64,000 bases of DNA from a virus, in the IMG/VR virus record IMGVR_UViG_3300036652_000269, positions 1 through 64,000 of that record. One strand, 5' to 3'. The notes below the pieces were generated by a model that was given only the letters and a program-made list of their open reading frames with translations, searched no databases and was not told the DNA's origin. Shown piece after piece: positions 45,390 through 55,957 of this stretch. How positions within the stretch are numbered: the first letter of the stretch is position 1; each line of letters begins with the position of its first letter. The position numbers were made by a program, and so were the translations under genes.

Positions 45390-45480
45390 CGTCTGTCCTT
45401 TCGATAAATCTGATGAAGGGGTACCTGCCGTTGAAAGACCGATGGTCGGAATCTCGGGCAGGTACCCCTTCGGCTCAGGA

Positions 45481-45969
45481 TCAGGTGTAGATGAACGAAG
45501 CCGCGTCGGTGACGTTGCCCGCGTCGTCCTGAACGATCACGTCGTACGTGCCCGCAGTCTTCGCCGGGGTCGTGACGTGGATGGTCTCGTCGTTGACGAC
45601 CGAGAACGACGTGCCAGCGGTGCCACCGAAGGTGACGCCGGACGCACCGTCGAACCCGGTGCCCCTGATGACGATGGCCGTGCCACCCGCAGCCGCACCC
45701 GTGGCCGGGGTCAGCGAGGTGATGGTCGCGGCACTGTAGTTGCTGTAGAAGAAGTCGCGTTCGGAAGTGCGGATGTTGGTACCCGCCTTCCACTTCAGAC
45801 GACGGCCGGTCTCACCCGATTCTCCGACCATCTTGAAGTGCTCGTACACGTCTTCCGTCAGGGTCAGCAACGGATCGGGGTCGCTGTACCCGGTGGACGG
45901 AAACGATGCCTTGGGGATCGTGGTGCCCGATGCGTCGGTCAACCACCGGTCTCCGGTGTCGGTGCCCAT
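45481..45969 (-). CDS. IPT/TIG (Ig-like) domain protein
   Basis: ITSLTPATG.AAGGT.IVIRGTGF...VTFGG...SFIY. Confidence 0.85.
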   Translation of the reverse strand: MGTDTGDRWLTDASGTTIPKASFPSTGYSDPDPLLTLTEDVYEHFKMVGESGETGRRLKWKAGTNIRTSERDFFYSNYSAATITSLTPATGAAAGGTAIVIRGTGFDGASGVTFGGTAGTSFSVVNDETIHVTTPAKTAGTYDVIVQDDAGNVTDAASFIYT

Positions 45970-46097
45970 GTCTTTACCTTCCTTGTCGAACGGTGGGTGT
46001 GGTACGGACGGGTCTCTTAGAAGCATAGGGCTTCATCTGGCGGAACATACAGAAGCCCAAAACTTCGGGGTGTCCATCTGTCAGCTAGACAGTCTGG

Positions 46098-46409
46098 TTA
46101 CAGGCCGGTGACGGTGTACTTGGCTCCAACAGTGGTTGACCGCACGGTGACAACGCCCTGGTGGGTGTCGCCAGTCTCTCGCTGTTCGGGTAGCCGCACC
46201 GTCACCTTGTCACCGGGTGACAGGTAGTAGGCGTCGTCGCCCCCGGTCGCGGTCATGGTTGCGGTGCCGACCACGAACTCGATTTCGGCAGCCGCGTCGA
46301 TGTTGTGTACTTCCACCACCCCATACCCGCCCGTGATGGTGATGACCTCGTTGGTGTCGGCCACCGCGATGCTCTGCTTGGTGGACTTCTTGCAGGTGTG
46401 CGTTGCCAT
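46098..46409 (-). CDS. small beta-sandwich structural protein
   Basis: 103 aa; AAGGA RBS. Confidence 0.65.
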   Translation of the reverse strand: MATHTCKKSTKQSIAVADTNEVITITGGYGVVEVHNIDAAAEIEFVVGTATMTATGGDDAYYLSPGDKVTVRLPEQRETGDTHQGVVTVRSTTVGAKYTVTGL

Positions 46410-46457
46410 CAGTCTGGTCCGTCCTTGTCAGGTTGAAACTTGCTTGCTTGGACCGGG

Positions 46458-48890
46458 CTAGCGCTTGGGAGCCCAGTTGCACCAGCACCGGCAGTTGATG
46501 ATTTCGTCCAACGCACCTGCTGGGTCACCAGGGTAGAGCATCTTGGATTCTCCGACAGTGAAACGGTCGCCACCGGAAACTGACTTCCCGTCCACCATGG
46601 CGTGGGTGTGCCGGACCCGCTCGTCGTCTTCGGTCCACCAGGTCTTCGTCATGTAGTCGGCAGCCGTTCCGTACACCGCCTGCCGGATGCCTTCAACCGT
46701 TGAAGTTGTCAGGTTGACAGCAAGGCCCGTCTTCCAGCTGGACCGAGCGCCCACCATCTTGGTGACCGCCTTCTTGATTTCCGTCATGGACGCACCCTGG
46801 CTGTCCAGTTCGGCAATCTTGGCAGCGACCTTCTCGGACTGCCGCATGGCTGACGATTCCACGATGCCCAACGCCTGACCCAGCACGTCGTACAGCTTGG
46901 CTTCCGGATCGATGAACAGCCGGGTCAGTGGAGTGTTGCCGAACTGGTTGATCCGCCCGCTGTCCGCCATCTGGTCGATGACCCCGGCTTGGTGCAGGGA
47001 TCGGGCAGCACGCTTGGCTTCGCGTTCGAGGATGGGCTTCAGCAAGGTGTGCATGTCGCCCACGATGTCCTGCGACCATTCGTCACCAGCCACCACGTAC
47101 ATCGGGTCCAAAGCCTTCGTGCCGACTTCCTTGCCGTCCCAGTGCCGGGTGTGCTTCAGCACCTTGGCGTGGTCCAACCGGGACAGGAAGACCTTCTCTT
47201 GGCGATGACCCCAGACCGTCAGCCCGGTTTCGACTGTCGCTTCGATAGTTGCACGCAGCTGAAGGTACGGGTGTTCCTTGTATTCGGGCTCGATGACTAT
47301 TTCGGCGTCGATGATGTCCGGGTCATCACCCCCGGTGTCGGACAGCATCTTTCGTTCGATGAGTTCGTTCATTGATGCCTTGGCCGCAACCCGTTCCGCA
47401 CGGGCTGCCACGACCCCCAGGGCTGCCTGCACCGGGTTGAAGGACGACGCCGGTCCACCGATGGGGGCCAACGGCTTCTGAGAGCCCCCAGGAAGGGCTG
47501 CCGGGGCTGCCGGGGCACCGGGAAGGGCCGGGGCCTGTGCAGGGGCACCAGGGGCACCCTGCGTCATCGACTGCCTGGCCAGGGCGGACTCGGCACGCAT
47601 CATGCCAGCGATGGCTGCCGCTGCCAGGTTGGGCAGGTTGCGGATCGCTTTTTCGTCGTCCGGGTCCCGCGCGATGACCACACCGTTGGGCAGGAACAGG
47701 GCACGGGTGCCAGGGATGTCCCAGGGCTTCTCCCCGACTGCCCGGAAGAAATCGTCCAGGGTGGCTGCCCCGGCTGCGACTTCGGCCAGCTTGTTCGTGC
47801 GCCGGGTGTTGATGGCCCGTTGCAAGACTTCGACTCCGCTGAAGTCGTAGGCCAGGTTGATGTCGTCGTCCAGGTCACCGGTCAGGGCGTTCAGCCCCAT
47901 GGCCATGCCCTTGCAGTGGTCTATCTCGGTGTGCAGCCAGAACCCTTCGAGTTCTGCGTCCGCGTTGTCAAACGTACGACCCGAGGCATTGCCCAGCACC
48001 GATTCCGCGACACCGAACGCCAGCAGCAGATCGTCCTTACCTGCCTTCAGCCCAGCCAGCCACTCGATGTCGCGGGGGGTGGCACCCAGGTCCTGCACGC
48101 TGATGTCGTCGGCTTCGATGACGATGGTCTGGCCAGCAGCCAACGGACCACCCGTGAACCGGTTCTTGATTTCCTGAGCATCACCGGGGCTGGTGTCACC
48201 CTTGATGCCGACCAACAGACCAGGGCGTCCGTCGTTGGTGATGAAGTTCCGGTTGAACAACCTGGCGAGCCAGTCGCTTTCCGCCACGATGCCTGCCGAC
48301 ACCATCGGGGTCAGTTGCTGGTACGGATCGGTCGGGTGCGGCATCAGCTTGATCCAGATCACCTGATCGGGAGCCAACGTCTGCACCGTGTAGTCGGACC
48401 GGGTGACTTCATACCCCGACACGAAGGTGATCGGGTCTGGTATCGGGTTGACAGCTTCTGCGTTCAGCAGGTGCAGTTGCGACGGCCTGCCATCCCGACC
48501 TCGCACCACTTCGACAAAGGCACCTTTGCGGGACAGCAGCAGTTGGGTGGACAGCCGGTACCGGAACATCCAAGCTGTCTCGTAGATGTTGGCGTTCAGG
48601 TTCAGCAGCTTGTACAGCCGGGGGTCGTCAATGGTCGTCCCGGTTTCGTAGTCACCCCGGCGCAGGATGATGGGTAGCCCGGCCTGCTTGGACGCGATGG
48701 CGTTCACACACCGTGCCACCCAGATGACTTTCTCCAAGCCATCCTTGACAGATCGACCCAAGTCCCACGGACCAACCGGACCTGACGACCGGATCAGTGC
48801 ACGGCCCAAGGCACCCGACGACCGTGCCACCGCACCAGCCGAGCTAGCCGTACGCCGGTTCAGCAGCGGTGCGAGGAAGTTGCCTGGCAT
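46458..48890 (-). CDS. portal protein (HK97-like) fused to a C-terminal MuF/gp7-like minor head domain
   Basis: Portal motifs (CVNAIAS, F..DGRPG, AFGV..SVLG); MuF motif KTW...DERVRHTH...YPGDP...INCRC. Confidence 0.9.
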   Translation of the reverse strand: MPGNFLAPLLNRRTASSAGAVARSSGALGRALIRSSGPVGPWDLGRSVKDGLEKVIWVARCVNAIASKQAGLPIILRRGDYETGTTIDDPRLYKLLNLNANIYETAWMFRYRLSTQLLLSRKGAFVEVVRGRDGRPSQLHLLNAEAVNPIPDPITFVSGYEVTRSDYTVQTLAPDQVIWIKLMPHPTDPYQQLTPMVSAGIVAESDWLARLFNRNFITNDGRPGLLVGIKGDTSPGDAQEIKNRFTGGPLAAGQTIVIEADDISVQDLGATPRDIEWLAGLKAGKDDLLLAFGVAESVLGNASGRTFDNADAELEGFWLHTEIDHCKGMAMGLNALTGDLDDDINLAYDFSGVEVLQRAINTRRTNKLAEVAAGAATLDDFFRAVGEKPWDIPGTRALFLPNGVVIARDPDDEKAIRNLPNLAAAAIAGMMRAESALARQSMTQGAPGAPAQAPALPGAPAAPAALPGGSQKPLAPIGGPASSFNPVQAALGVVAARAERVAAKASMNELIERKMLSDTGGDDPDIIDAEIVIEPEYKEHPYLQLRATIEATVETGLTVWGHRQEKVFLSRLDHAKVLKHTRHWDGKEVGTKALDPMYVVAGDEWSQDIVGDMHTLLKPILEREAKRAARSLHQAGVIDQMADSGRINQFGNTPLTRLFIDPEAKLYDVLGQALGIVESSAMRQSEKVAAKIAELDSQGASMTEIKKAVTKMVGARSSWKTGLAVNLTTSTVEGIRQAVYGTAADYMTKTWWTEDDERVRHTHAMVDGKSVSGGDRFTVGESKMLYPGDPAGALDEIINCRCWCNWAPKR

Positions 48891-48908
48891 GGGCTGTTGC
48901 TCCTAGGA

Positions 48909-49097
48909 CTAGAAACCGATAATGACCCCCACCACCAGCAGGGCTAGTCCCAGTATGGCGATCCCGGCTGCCCAAGACCACAACATCCCCACACCCACCA
49001 CCAACGAGGCGAGTCCAGCCACCATCAAAACGACAGACAGCACGGCTTCCAGTACAGGCGTTTCCGGTGTCCTCGTCTGTCTTCTGTCAATCTCCAT
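48909..49097 (-). CDS. small 2-TM membrane protein preceding the portal
   Basis: AAGGAG RBS; hydrophobic. Confidence 0.7.
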   Translation of the reverse strand: MEIDRRQTRTPETPVLEAVLSVVLMVAGLASLVVGVGMLWSWAAGIAILGLALLVVGVIIGF

Positions 49098-49563
49098 TTT
49101 CGTCACTCCTTGACTTGCGGTGCTTCGGGTCGGATGGGGTAGTGGGCGTGTCGCCATCGATCATCCGGTCGATGTAGTCGGCCATGGTGCCCACTGACAA
49201 CTCTTCGTTCTGCGAGTTGCTGAAGTGTTCCCACAGCTGGTTACGGACTATCATGCAGACAACGGTGGCTATCTCGGTGGCCTGCTGGACCGACACCCCG
49301 TGTTCGTCCGCCAGTCGTTCCATGTCTATCTGTTCGAAAGGCTGATGACGTTCGAGATATGCGTCACGTTCGTCCAGGGTGGCCATCACCACCCAGTAAC
49401 ACCCGGCCAGCAGCAGCAGGGTCCACTGCCCGGTCATCACGGTGTACGCGCCACCGAGTAGGTAGCTGCCCCGCAACAACCAGGTCTGGGCATCCGGCCT
49501 GCGCATCACCCAACGCATGGCCAGGATGCCAGCACCCAGCAGGGGCAGATACCAGAGTTTCAT
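49087..49563 (-). CDS. membrane protein
   Basis: Hydrophobic N-terminal half; ATGA coupling. Confidence 0.6.
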   Translation of the reverse strand: MKLWYLPLLGAGILAMRWVMRRPDAQTWLLRGSYLLGGAYTVMTGQWTLLLLAGCYWVVMATLDERDAYLERHQPFEQIDMERLADEHGVSVQQATEIATVVCMIVRNQLWEHFSNSQNEELSVGTMADYIDRMIDGDTPTTPSDPKHRKSRSDENGD

Positions 49564-50012
49564 CTTGCTAATACACCGATACGCGGGTCCATCACGGATA
49601 GCGCCAGTCGGGTATCCGCCATGAACTGGTAGAAGCTACCCCGCATGGCAACGTCGTGCAGCGGGTCGGTGCACAGGTATTCGCATACCTCGTCGTAGAT
49701 CGGGGCGCTGGAATAGACCGGCCCGAACGCAGCCCCGAACAACGGGTCGTGCGGGCTGAACGATTTCCACCTGATGTGGCCATCCGATGTCCGGGTACCG
49801 AAGCAACCACACGGGGCTTCGATGTCTTCCACGATGTCGATCCCCGCCATGTTCATGACTCCACCGTAGATGTCACGCCGTGGTGCACTGCTGAACTTGG
49901 CTTTCAGGTTGGCAATATCTTTCGGGCTCATCCGGATGTTGGTCGTTAGCAGTGCCCCACCGGGCAGATACACACGTGTCCCACGGGGCCACCAACGAGA
50001 TAGCAGAAACAT
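49560..50012 (-). CDS. hypothetical protein
   Basis: 150 aa ORF with AGGA upstream. Confidence 0.55.
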   Translation of the reverse strand: MFLLSRWWPRGTRVYLPGGALLTTNIRMSPKDIANLKAKFSSAPRRDIYGGVMNMAGIDIVEDIEAPCGCFGTRTSDGHIRWKSFSPHDPLFGAAFGPVYSSAPIYDEVCEYLCTDPLHDVAMRGSFYQFMADTRLALSVMDPRIGVLAR

Positions 50013-50041
50013 ATTTCTATCCTATCTTTGTCGATGTGAAA

Positions 50042-50080
50042 GTCCCCCGCCACCGGACCTTGCAGCCGATGACGGGGGAC
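50042..50080 (-). terminator. intrinsic terminator-like hairpin
   Basis: Minus strand GTCCCCCGTCATCGG...CCGGTGGCGGGGGAC followed by TTTC. Confidence 0.6.
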
Positions 50081-50102
50081 CGCTGGATGGGGTGGCGCGA
50101 AC

Positions 50103-50711
50103 TTAGCTGGTGGGCTGATCGGTGGGCTGGCTGGCCGAGTCCGTGCTGACCGTCATCGGGGCAGCGGTGTCGTTGCCGGTGGCCGTAGTGGTGCTGATCT
50201 GAACACCCGGTGTGGTGTCGCTAGTCGGTGCACTGTCCGCTACCGCCACCGGGTCGCCGGCCACCGTGGTGTCCGCCGGAGTGCTGGCGTCCGTGGTGCT
50301 GGTGGTTGTCGGATCGACAGTCGGGGTCGCTGTGCCGGTCGTGTCGGTCGTGGTGGCGTCAGCCGGGGGTGCAGCCGGGGCAGCCTGCGGGAGAACGTTG
50401 TTCAGTGCCACCAGGTCGTTGTTGACCGCCGACGATGCTGCGCTGATCTGAGTCTGAAGGCTGGCGATGGTGGCCTGGTCCGCTGCGTCCGCCTGGGTCA
50501 GCTGGGACACCTGGGCCTGAAGGCTGTTCACCGAGCCCATCAGACTGACAACCTTGCCGACAACGGCGTCCAGCTGGGTCAGTTCGTCGGACAGTGCGTT
50601 GTTCTGGGTCATGAGTGCTTCTCCGATTTCGTCTACGCGCCGGTATAGCGCGATCAGGATGTCGCGGTCCGACAGTTCATGCACTGGCAAGACCGCATGG
50701 TGTTCGCCCAC
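50103..50711 (-). CDS. coiled-coil protein with a Thr/Pro/Asp-rich tail
   Basis: Heptad pattern; alternative start at 50612. Confidence 0.65.
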   Translation of the reverse strand: MGEHHAVLPVHELSDRDILIALYRRVDEIGEALMTQNNALSDELTQLDAVVGKVVSLMGSVNSLQAQVSQLTQADAADQATIASLQTQISAASSAVNNDLVALNNVLPQAAPAAPPADATTTDTTGTATPTVDPTTTSTTDASTPADTTVAGDPVAVADSAPTSDTTPGVQISTTTATGNDTAAPMTVSTDSASQPTDQPTS

Positions 50712-50772
50712 TGGGATGGCCCTTCGGGACGGAGTTGGCTTACGGCAACACTGTGGGTCAACTAGGTCAGCT

Positions 50773-51504
50773 TCAGCAACCCCCTTCGACCATGGCCAAG
50801 ATGGTGTCCGCGTGCTGAATGGCTGTCAGCACGATAGATGAAAACAGATGGTCCTTGAACTGCTGGTCCACCGGCAACTGGTCGTAGGGCACCAGACACG
50901 GGTGGGTTTTCAACTCGGGGTCCTTGACCGGCCCGTACACCCAGCCCTGTTCTGTCTTGGTGTCGCACCACAGCTGGTGGGACTGTTCGGGAGTGTTCCC
51001 GTTCAGCACCCCACGTACGCCGATCCGCACGCTTTCCTGCATGGCCGGGTCCACGTCGTCCCAGTCCGCTGCCACGTCGATGCCGGACCACGGCTGCAAC
51101 TGCTGAACACCTCTGTTGGCTGAATGACAAAAACGGGCAATCGCATCGATCACCAGGTTCTTGTCCGCAGTGGACATCGGGTCTTCGGCGTCGTGGTCTT
51201 CCTCCCGATCCACCTGCAACGCATCGGTAGGCATGTCGGGTGTCTTCACGATGTCCGGGTGCGCTTCCTGCCAGGCTACGATCCGGGCAACGTGGGCGTT
51301 GAGGCCATCAATGATGTTCTGGTCCCGTTCGACGGTAGGCAAGTGGGCCACTGCTTCCTGGTAACCACGGATCGCGTGCAGGATGAGCTTGTCCTTGGCC
51401 CGAAACAGGATGACCGGTTCGTCTTCACCGATGGTGGTGGTGATGTGCTTGCGCTTGTGGGGCCAGTCCTGAACCCCCTGATAATCCGCACGTGCGTGCA
51501 ACAT
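50773..51504 (-). CDS. RyR-domain-containing protein
   Basis: SHQLWCDTKTEQGWVYGPVKDPELKTHPCLVPYDQLP..QQFKD. Confidence 0.85.
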   Translation of the reverse strand: MLHARADYQGVQDWPHKRKHITTTIGEDEPVILFRAKDKLILHAIRGYQEAVAHLPTVERDQNIIDGLNAHVARIVAWQEAHPDIVKTPDMPTDALQVDREEDHDAEDPMSTADKNLVIDAIARFCHSANRGVQQLQPWSGIDVAADWDDVDPAMQESVRIGVRGVLNGNTPEQSHQLWCDTKTEQGWVYGPVKDPELKTHPCLVPYDQLPVDQQFKDHLFSSIVLTAIQHADTILAMVEGGC

Positions 51505-51505
51505 G

Positions 51506-51928
51506 TCATAACTCCACTACTGCATCACGGGTGATGACCGTGGAACCGGGACGGTTCGCGGCCCGCTTGCGACATTCCCGTTCGGCGTCGGCTGCTGTCG
51601 AACTGAAAGCCTCGAAACCGTCTTCGAGTACCCACACCCACTGCTGCTTGCGAACCTTGCGTGGACCCCGCTGGGACTTGGGTCGTGACTGCACAGCCTG
51701 AGCTTCTACTGCCGGTGCCCGATGGTTGTCTGCGGCCTTGGTGCAGCGTTCGCATATCTGGGTGTTGGGTTTCAGTTCAATAGTTAGCGTCAGGTCGGTG
51801 CCACACCAGGCTTTCAGGTCTTCGGTAGACCTGATCAGGTGCTTCATGGTGCCGAACCGAGAATGGGCGTACACAGGGGTATCTGTCATAACGATAGTTC
51901 CTAGCTGTTGTCTGACCGGCGAAGTCAT
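51506..51928 (-). CDS. hypothetical protein with H..C..CERC Zn motif
   Basis: 140 aa ORF. Confidence 0.6.
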   Translation of the reverse strand: MTSPVRQQLGTIVMTDTPVYAHSRFGTMKHLIRSTEDLKAWCGTDLTLTIELKPNTQICERCTKAADNHRAPAVEAQAVQSRPKSQRGPRKVRKQQWVWVLEDGFEAFSSTAADAERECRKRAANRPGSTVITRDAVVEL

Positions 51929-52199
51929 CCTAGCCGGGCCAGGTCGGGTTGGTGCAATGGCCGGTAGCCCGGCTGTACGGCACGCTGACGGGCTAACCGG
52001 ACGGGTTGGCAGTCCAGGTCCGGATCGGGCTGATAATCTGCCTGCTGCGTTGCTGGGCGTTGTCTCCTGATTGGTTAGTCGTCCCGATCAGCTTGACCGT
52101 CAGCACGTGTGGTGCCCCGCACCTGTCTGCTGACCGGCAGATCACAGACAGCTGTGTGCGGGGCACCACTCATGTTCACGCCCGGTTATGGACTGATAG

Positions 52200-52769
52200 T
52201 TACTTGGTGAACAGGGTGTTGACGGTCTGCTGGTAATACAGCTTGTCAAGTAGACAAGTGATCGAGCCGGGAGTGACATACCCCGGCCAGCGGTGGTCAT
52301 CGAACAGCTGGTACCCGCCGTCCTGGTAGCACTGGTCGATGTACTGCGAGCAGATCATGTGCTTGTTGCTGGCGATGTAGTCCTTCAGCAACTGATCTGC
52401 CGGGTACAGGTGCAGCCGGTGAGTAGCCAACGCCGCATAGTCCAGGTACGAATACCCCACGTGCAGGTCGGCATAGCGCTGGGCCGCTGCCACGATGGCG
52501 GCACGCTGGTCGTCGGTCGGGTTGATGAGTCCCGACGACCACCGGATCGTTCTGCCGTCATAGATCGACAGGTCACGGATCGCGGCCCCGTGCGGTTGGG
52601 CCTGGGCTATCTTGCCATCCCCCATGTACATGAGCACATGTTCGTAGTCCTTGTAGCCGTCACCGTTCAGCCACTGGCCGATCCGGATCGCCTTCCCCAC
52701 GTCCCCCATCACCTTCACCACTCCGATGTCGGCTGGCTTCAGGGTCGGGGACAAGTTCGTGGTGGTCAT
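52200..52769 (-). CDS. permuted papain-like NlpC/P60 amidase (YiiX/YebB-like)
   Basis: His before Cys order: YEHVLMY..., GYSY, MICSQYID..Y, VTPG. Confidence 0.8.
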   Translation of the reverse strand: MTTTNLSPTLKPADIGVVKVMGDVGKAIRIGQWLNGDGYKDYEHVLMYMGDGKIAQAQPHGAAIRDLSIYDGRTIRWSSGLINPTDDQRAAIVAAAQRYADLHVGYSYLDYAALATHRLHLYPADQLLKDYIASNKHMICSQYIDQCYQDGGYQLFDDHRWPGYVTPGSITCLLDKLYYQQTVNTLFTK

Positions 52770-53025
52770 TGGTGCCTGCTTCCTTTTTCTGTTTGACAGG
52801 TTCCATGTGCGGGCGAGCATGAGCCAGCACACCTATCATCCAAGCAGGCGGCACATACTGTTTGGGTGCATCGGGCGTGATACCCAACAGGCGTTTCTCT
52901 TCCGATTCGACGGCTGCCGTGTAGCGGTCCACTTCCGCTTCGATCCTGGCGTGTGCCTTCTTCGTGTGTTCGGCCAGGATGCGACGGCGTAACTCGGCGC
53001 GCTGTTGTTCCTGTGATGTCTTCAT
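52660..53025 (-). CDS. hypothetical protein
   Basis: ATGA coupling; 3' overlap with the amidase gene. Confidence 0.5.
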   Translation of the reverse strand: MKTSQEQQRAELRRRILAEHTKKAHARIEAEVDRYTAAVESEEKRLLGITPDAPKQYVPPAWMIGVLAHARPHMEPVKQKKEAGTNDHHELVPDPEASRHRSGEGDGGRGEGDPDRPVAER

Positions 53026-53807
53026 GGCGCGGGCACGTAGTGTTCGGTGATGTACCGGGCGGCAGTCTTCGCGGCGTCCTTGATGCGAACCACTTGATAG
53101 CCGTCGTCGTCCGAGTACGAATCCTGGTCCAAGAACACGGATTCCAGGTCAGCGGCCAGCTTGTCCAGTGCTGGCATGTCGGCAAACGCATCGATCAACG
53201 GGGTGCCGATGCTGTAGGTGCCGCCACCGACGTCGAGCGGCTCAAGCAGTTCAAACGGTTGGTTCAGCCGGGCGATGATGTGGATGTCCTGATCTTCCAA
53301 TCGAGCACTGACCACTTCTAGGCTGCCGATGACATCGTACGGGGGCGTACCCGGTGTAGGGGACGGACCGAAACTGTAGGACTCTTCAAAGTAATCACTG
53401 GCGAAGCAGGTCCGTACCCCGTCCGCATAGGTCAGCGATAGATAGTCGCCATACTTGACCGTCATGTCGAACGGCTTGCCATCTTCTTCGAAGACGAACA
53501 TCACCCCACTGCCGCGATTCGTATCTTCGACGTACGAGAACTTTTCGGCCTTCAGGAACCGGGCACAGTCGCGTTCGTTCCCCGGCTGTAGCTGAATCGC
53601 CGTCAACACGGCGGGTGTGTACTCTTTGCGCCGGGCCTTGTTGTTCCAGTGATACAGCGACGGGTAACCGCGTGCCATGTCAGTCTTGGTTTCCGGCTTC
53701 GGCATCCCATGTTCCTTCGGTTCGACGTTGGGCCACTCGGTGGAGCGGGCCGGTGGGCGTTCGGGTGCAGCTGATGGTTCGGGGTCGTAGGCGTCGTCGC
53801 GTCCCAT
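53022..53807 (-). CDS. hypothetical protein
   Basis: 261 aa; GAAAGG RBS. Confidence 0.65.
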   Translation of the reverse strand: MGRDDAYDPEPSAAPERPPARSTEWPNVEPKEHGMPKPETKTDMARGYPSLYHWNNKARRKEYTPAVLTAIQLQPGNERDCARFLKAEKFSYVEDTNRGSGVMFVFEEDGKPFDMTVKYGDYLSLTYADGVRTCFASDYFEESYSFGPSPTPGTPPYDVIGSLEVVSARLEDQDIHIIARLNQPFELLEPLDVGGGTYSIGTPLIDAFADMPALDKLAADLESVFLDQDSYSDDDGYQVVRIKDAAKTAARYITEHYVPAP

Positions 53808-53811
53808 AGGG

Positions 53812-54105
53812 TCAACCTTTCAGTTCGACAATCTGTACGTGGGCAAGGGATTCTGCACCACAGTTCAGGCAGCTGTCCCCAGCAGAGCCTGCTTCTTCGT
53901 CGTCGGTGAAGATTTCGCAAGACTGGCAGAACCACCCCACCGCCAGCACTGTCGGAGCAGCATCGATCACACCGGGGCACTTCAGGATCGCGGTCCGTGA
54001 ACCGGGACGGTCACGATTGTCGTGCGGTGGGTGCGGCCTGGTGTCCGGACAGGGGCTGTAGGGGAACGCAAGGTGTACGTCCTGCTTACCCAACATCGGT
54101 ACCAT
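53812..54105 (-). CDS. Cys/His-rich small protein (CQSC...CLNCG..H)
   Basis: Multiple metal-ligand motifs. Confidence 0.55.
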   Translation of the reverse strand: MVPMLGKQDVHLAFPYSPCPDTRPHPPHDNRDRPGSRTAILKCPGVIDAAPTVLAVGWFCQSCEIFTDDEEAGSAGDSCLNCGAESLAHVQIVELKG

Positions 54106-54304
54106 TCTCCCGAACGACTGTCAGTTCGACATCATCGGTGTGCAGCACCACCTTCACCCGGTCCGCCAGACCAGCCGGAAGCGCAGCCTTGACGACCTCG
54201 CGTACCTGGTCGATGGCACCGTAGTCGGACACCCTGACCAGCAACAGGTCGTCGGGTTGCAACCGCAGCACCCGGACCTCTGGTACTTCGCTGAGCTCAT
54301 CCAT
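54086..54304 (-). CDS. hypothetical protein
   Basis: LRLQPDDLLLVRV motif common in small phage proteins. Confidence 0.6.
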   Translation of the reverse strand: MDELSEVPEVRVLRLQPDDLLLVRVSDYGAIDQVREVVKAALPAGLADRVKVVLHTDDVELTVVRENGTDVG

Positions 54305-54405
54305 GTCCCCGCCGCCAATCATCGTTAGTGACTTTCTTGAAGTAACTGGTCAGTTGGTCATCGACCACATCTTCTATCCTGTCGAGAAGATAATCCAGTA
54401 CGTCG

Positions 54406-55206
<801 letters not shown>

Positions 55207-55268
55207 CTAGGACCGCCTTGTCTACTGTCAGGACGACATGTGCCATCGCATCACTTCCGATCTTTGGG

Positions 55269-55850
55269 TTATGGGCGACCCCCTAATAGGGCTGCGACCC
55301 CTGTCACAATATCCGAAACACCGGGCAACAGACCACCAGCCACAGAAGGCCCTAGAAGGCCCGTAGACGGGCTAACGGCCACCAGGGGCAGCTGGGCAGC
55401 AGTCGATGGGGTTTCGCCGCCCACGAACGATCCTGGCGTGGTTATGCCCCCGGTCTGAGAAGTCTGCTGGGGCTGCGGCGTCGGGCTGGGTGTCTGCGTG
55501 GGTGCCGGTGTGGGCTGCGGCATCGAGGTCGGGGTCACCGCAACCACCTGAGTGACTGTCTTCTTGACAAGTTCTTCCCGGACGATGACCCGCTGGCTGG
55601 GGTTCGGGGTCAGCGTGGCAACCGGGGATGCGGTGACGGTGACTACCGGGTGGGCGGCAACATGGTGAGGTTGTTCCGCGATCCCCAGCCCAGGCTCGTT
55701 CAGCGTCTTAGCAGCCCAGTGCAGCCCGGTGGGCGAAGCAACCGTGCAGGCGATCATCCCGACCAGTAACGGCACCGCCCACTTCGGTCGGGTGCTGTAC
55801 CTGTACTTCACGTGCTGCGCAGACTCGTGCTGCCGTTGAAGTATCGACAT
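55269..55850 (-). CDS. membrane-anchored or secreted Pro/Thr-rich protein
   Basis: N-terminal hydrophobic segment; PTP repeats. Confidence 0.6.
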   Translation of the reverse strand: MSILQRQHESAQHVKYRYSTRPKWAVPLLVGMIACTVASPTGLHWAAKTLNEPGLGIAEQPHHVAAHPVVTVTASPVATLTPNPSQRVIVREELVKKTVTQVVAVTPTSMPQPTPAPTQTPSPTPQPQQTSQTGGITTPGSFVGGETPSTAAQLPLVAVSPSTGLLGPSVAGGLLPGVSDIVTGVAALLGGRP

Positions 55851-55957
55851 GACAGTGGCATCCCTTGGTCCGACCAGTCGTTGTTCCCGAAGAAAGCTAC
55901 CCGGTCCATGTGCTCGCTACACAGGGTAGCCTTACCGGTGCTGTCGGGCACGCAGGT

